Below, in pieces: positions 17,515 to 20,000 of a DNA stretch of 20,000 nucleotides. A model generated the notes under the pieces. That model did no database searches. It saw only the letters and a program-made list of their open reading frames with translations, and was not told where the DNA came from. A program made the translations under genes and the position numbers. The stretch is from an uncultured virus (IMG/VR IMGVR_UViG_2667527573_000005) (lineage: Duplodnaviria > Heunggongvirae > Uroviricota > Caudoviricetes), in IMG/VR virus record IMGVR_UViG_2667527573_000005, positions 107,191-127,190 of that record, one strand, 5' to 3'. How positions within the stretch are numbered: position 1 is the first letter of the stretch; each line of letters starts with the position of its first letter.

Positions 17515-18763
17515 ATGATTTATGTCCACCGGTCAGCCCTGCTCTGTGAAGCGCAGTACCAGCAGATGTATAAGAAACTGCTCTAAGAATCGCTTTTGAT
17601 CCGTATTTACTTCTAATCCCATCCATTACAAACCCAAGTTTCCTTCTCTTTTCATTATCCACTTCAAATAAACTCAACTGTTGATTAACATCATCCTCAA
17701 TATTTGATAACGTAACTGAGATACTTCTTACTGTTTTACCCGAGTAAAACTTATCAAACAGCATCAAGCAACATCTATATATGTCCATCGTGATATTTGT
17801 GGGAAGATCTATTGTTTTGGCTCGGTGAAATCCACCACCAAGATCATCCTTACTGTATCCAATACCCAGGCTGATTGTTCGACCAGCTTTGTTGTGTGTA
17901 CGTGCCCTTCTTGCGACTTCCTCGCAAATTTCCAAAAGAACAGCCTTAATCTCTTCTCTCCTTATATAATCCCTCAGTAAAATCTGACTCTTACCAAAAC
18001 TAATCTGCCCTTGCATCAAAGGAGCTCCTATTTCTGATAAATCGATTCCATGAGCATGATAATACAACTGGTTTCCCATTATTCCGAACTTCTTTTCAAG
18101 CAGCTCTAAAGGAAATTTAGCTAACTGACCTACAGTTGATATTCCCATCCGATTCAGATTTCTTTCCATCCTCCCTCCTATCCCCCACATTTTAGACAAC
18201 GGGTGAACCTTCCAGAGTTTATTTGGCACATCTTCATATCTCCAACGTGCAATGCCACTTTTCGTTTTCTTACTCTCCAGGTCAAGTGCAAGCTTACTAA
18301 GCAACATATTGTCACCAATTCCAACTGTACACATCAGGCCAAACTCTCTCCGCATACTACTTTGAATTGCTTTGGCCATTTCTTCAGGATTTTCTTTTCC
18401 TGCATCTAAAAAAGATTCATCAATTGAATACGTATGGACACATTTTTCAGGAACAAATCTGTAAAACAGCTTTGTAATTTCAGTTGAAACTCTGATGAAA
18501 AGCTTCATTTGTGGATTTACAATGTGTATCCTTGGATCTTCAGGTATCTCAAAAAGTCTCGATCCTGTTTTGATTCCAAAATCTTTTTTAAGTGCAGGAG
18601 ATGCAGCTAATACTACACTTCCCTGTCTCTCCGTATTCCCTACAACAGCAAGATAACATGTTAAAGGGTTAAGCCCCATTGTTACAGCCGATACAGAAGC
18701 ATAAAAGGATTTCATATCGACACAAAGTATATTCTTACGTGGAAATTGTGAGTAATCAATCAT
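17513..18763 (-). CDS. uvrX: Y-family (UmuC/DinB-like) DNA polymerase UvrX
   Basis: 416 aa. Catalytic motifs CVDMKSFYAS and YSIDESF, HhH MWGIG, and beta-clamp motif QLSLF (17666-17680). Start overlaps the yolD stop. Confidence 0.93.
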   Translation of the reverse strand: MIDYSQFPRKNILCVDMKSFYASVSAVTMGLNPLTCYLAVVGNTERQGSVVLAASPALKKDFGIKTGSRLFEIPEDPRIHIVNPQMKLFIRVSTEITKLFYRFVPEKCVHTYSIDESFLDAGKENPEEMAKAIQSSMRREFGLMCTVGIGDNMLLSKLALDLESKKTKSGIARWRYEDVPNKLWKVHPLSKMWGIGGRMERNLNRMGISTVGQLAKFPLELLEKKFGIMGNQLYYHAHGIDLSEIGAPLMQGQISFGKSQILLRDYIRREEIKAVLLEICEEVARRARTHNKAGRTISLGIGYSKDDLGGGFHRAKTIDLPTNITMDIYRCCLMLFDKFYSGKTVRSISVTLSNIEDDVNQQLSLFEVDNEKRRKLGFVMDGIRSKYGSKAILRAVSYTSAGTALHRAGLTGGHKS

Positions 18764-19088
18764 TGTATGTAACTCCTATGATGTTATTCATGTTGATGTA
18801 AACTGTATTGTCATTCTGGTCTTTTACATGAAGCCTGTGTTGTTCAAAATTAATGTAATGGACTCTGCCGGTGACATTTTCAACAAATCCATTGTTAAAG
18901 AGTTTGAATTTCAACTCTTTATTAAATTCAAGTGCCTCAGAGACGAGAAGATCCATCTCTTCAATTTGTTGGTCATCTAAGAATGGTTTTTCAATTTTTG
19001 ATACATCAATCAAATCTTGTTTAAGTTGTGTTAAATGTTCTGGAAGCATCAGTGATGTCCATTTGATTGTTCCTCGATCCCTAAGCAT
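18756..19088 (-). CDS. yolD: YolD-family accessory protein of Y-family polymerase
   Basis: 110 aa. MLRDRGTIKWTSLMLPEH is the YolD signature. SD AAGGAG upstream. Translationally coupled to uvrX. Confidence 0.9.
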   Translation of the reverse strand: MLRDRGTIKWTSLMLPEHLTQLKQDLIDVSKIEKPFLDDQQIEEMDLLVSEALEFNKELKFKLFNNGFVENVTGRVHYINFEQHRLHVKDQNDNTVYINMNNIIGVTYND

Positions 19089-19113
19089 ATCGACTCACTC
19101 CTTTATTGATCTA

Positions 19114-19165
19114 ATATTAACAGAACAAATGTTCTTTATTCAATATAAATAAGAACGAAAGTTCG
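19114..19165 (-). promoter_or_regulatory. SOS-inducible sigmaA promoter of yolD-uvrX with two LexA (DinR) boxes
   Basis: Boxes AGAACAAATGTTCT (19122-19135) and AGAACGAAAGTTCG (19152-19165) resemble CGAAC-N4-GTTCG. On the - strand, -35 TTGAAT (19143-19138) and extended -10 TG-T-TAATAT (19119-19114) flank the first box. Confidence 0.85.
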
Positions 19166-19261
19166 ATGTAAATGTTGGTAATAAAATATAAAGGTCAATA
19201 ATGATATACGTAGTATTAATAAAGGAGAGATTCTTATCGACGAGGGAGAGTGAGATGGTGA

Positions 19262-19597
19262 ATGAAGAAGAGGTTAATTGGATTTTTGATTTTAGTTCCT
19301 GTTTTGATTATATCGGGTATTACTTTAATCGAATCAAACAAAAAAGCACCTGAAGAAGTTTTAGAAAGTGCTTGGGATGAATTTGGTTTATTTAGTTTTC
19401 AAATTGGAATAACAGATCCGGCAATTACAATTGGCATGGATCAAACCAAAAGTGAAACAAAGCTCCGTGAATATTTAGAACATAATCTGTCAAGAGAAGC
19501 AAAAGAAAAATATAAGATCTATATATTTAAAGATGATATTGAAAAGTTGGAGAAAGAACATCGAGAGTATCTGAAAGCAAATAACTCTAATAAATAA
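19262..19597 (+). CDS. yolC: YolC/YozM-like small exported or membrane-anchored protein
   Basis: 111 aa. N-terminal basic plus hydrophobic signal/anchor (MKKRLIGFLILVPVLIISGITLI). Divergent from yolD as in SPbeta. Confidence 0.8.
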   Translation: MKKRLIGFLILVPVLIISGITLIESNKKAPEEVLESAWDEFGLFSFQIGITDPAITIGMDQTKSETKLREYLEHNLSREAKEKYKIYIFKDDIEKLEKEHREYLKANNSNK

Positions 19598-19631
19598 AAA
19601 CGCCCAGCACTTTTCCACTAAGCTGGGCTTT
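19595..19631. terminator. Hairpin between convergent yolC and yolB
   Basis: GCCCAGC (19602-19608) / GCTGGGC (19622-19628), with an A-tract upstream (U-tract for the - strand) and TTT downstream. Confidence 0.55.
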
Positions 19632-19640
19632 ATCTCAAAT

Positions 19641-20000
19641 TCAAATTGAATTTTTGTAAGCATTAACTGCTTCGTTTCGCAACAGCATATTATCTTTGTT
19701 AACCATGCCTAAGTTATAAGCTTTTTTGATAATATCTAATACCTGAGAATCTAACGCCGAAAGATTACCGCCTGGATTAAATCTTGATTTCCAATAATCT
19801 AAAGAATTATTTAGGTCAAGTGAGCTTTTTTTGTTCTCGGGTTTAACTACTTCATTTTTCTCAAGTTTTTCACAGAATTCACTAAAACCAATGGATCTAC
19901 TGGGAGCTGAGTTATTTCCCCCGTATCCTTCTGTAGCCAAGCTGCAAAATGCTAAGAATTTTGGGTCATAAATAAGATCGCTTGAGTTTACATTTACCAC
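19641..20000 (-). CDS. yolB: YolB-like uncharacterised SPbeta protein (start at or beyond the window edge)
   Basis: 119-aa ORF convergent with yolC. Assignment rests mainly on synteny and size. The GTG at 19998-20000 lies at the window edge, so the start cannot be confirmed. Confidence 0.6.
   Translation of the reverse strand: MVNVNSSDLIYDPKFLAFCSLATEGYGGNNSAPSRSIGFSEFCEKLEKNEVVKPENKKSSLDLNNSLDYWKSRFNPGGNLSALDSQVLDIIKKAYNLGMVNKDNMLLRNEAVNAYKNSI

Larger units (their letters stand above)
1..20000. mobile_element. SPbeta-like temperate phage/prophage segment (tail, lysis and accessory modules)
   Basis: Gene order yomJ-yomI(cwlP)-yomH-yomG-yomF-tail spike-lysin-holins-[accessory]-uvrX-yolD-yolC-yolB matches the SPbeta layout. 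No att site or integrase in the window, so free phage vs prophage cannot be decided. Confidence 0.95.

Noticed and set aside
18203..19152. + strand ORFs 18203-18409 and 18871-19152
   Set aside because: Antisense to uvrX/yolD and the LexA-controlled promoter, with no independent support.
1..20000. CRISPR arrays, tRNA/rRNA genes, IS elements, introns/inteins, type I toxin-antitoxin loci
   Set aside because: None recognised by eye. Genes are uninterrupted and of expected size, and the spacers are too short for arrays. Small RNAs cannot be excluded without a covariance-model search.

Overview
A continuous piece of an SPbeta-like (Spbetavirus-type) Bacillus subtilis-group temperate phage or prophage. 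It covers the end of the tail module, the lysis module and the accessory region that follows. The + strand carries the 3' end of a yomJ-like membrane/immunity gene, the giant tape measure/cell-wall hydrolase CwlP (YomI), YomH (distal tail), YomG (tail tip/Tal-like) and YomF. These are followed by a phi29 gp12/YobO-like beta-helix tail spike with a Peptidase_G2 chaperone, an apparently chimeric amidase endolysin, an XhlA-like protein, a phiLC3-type holin and a rapK-phrK quorum-sensing pair. phrK (17336-17458) is missing from the ORF track. After these come a - strand yolD-uvrX Y-family polymerase operon with two LexA boxes, then yolC and yolB. Compared with SPbeta of strain 168 (recalled from memory, not aligned), several parts appear swapped: the receptor-binding protein, the lysis cassette, the central tape-measure segment and the yomJ allele. 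yomD appears absent, and rapK-phrK occupies the slot of the sublancin cluster. The spacers of the lysis module contain mutually exclusive RNA hairpins that could gate translation of lysis genes.
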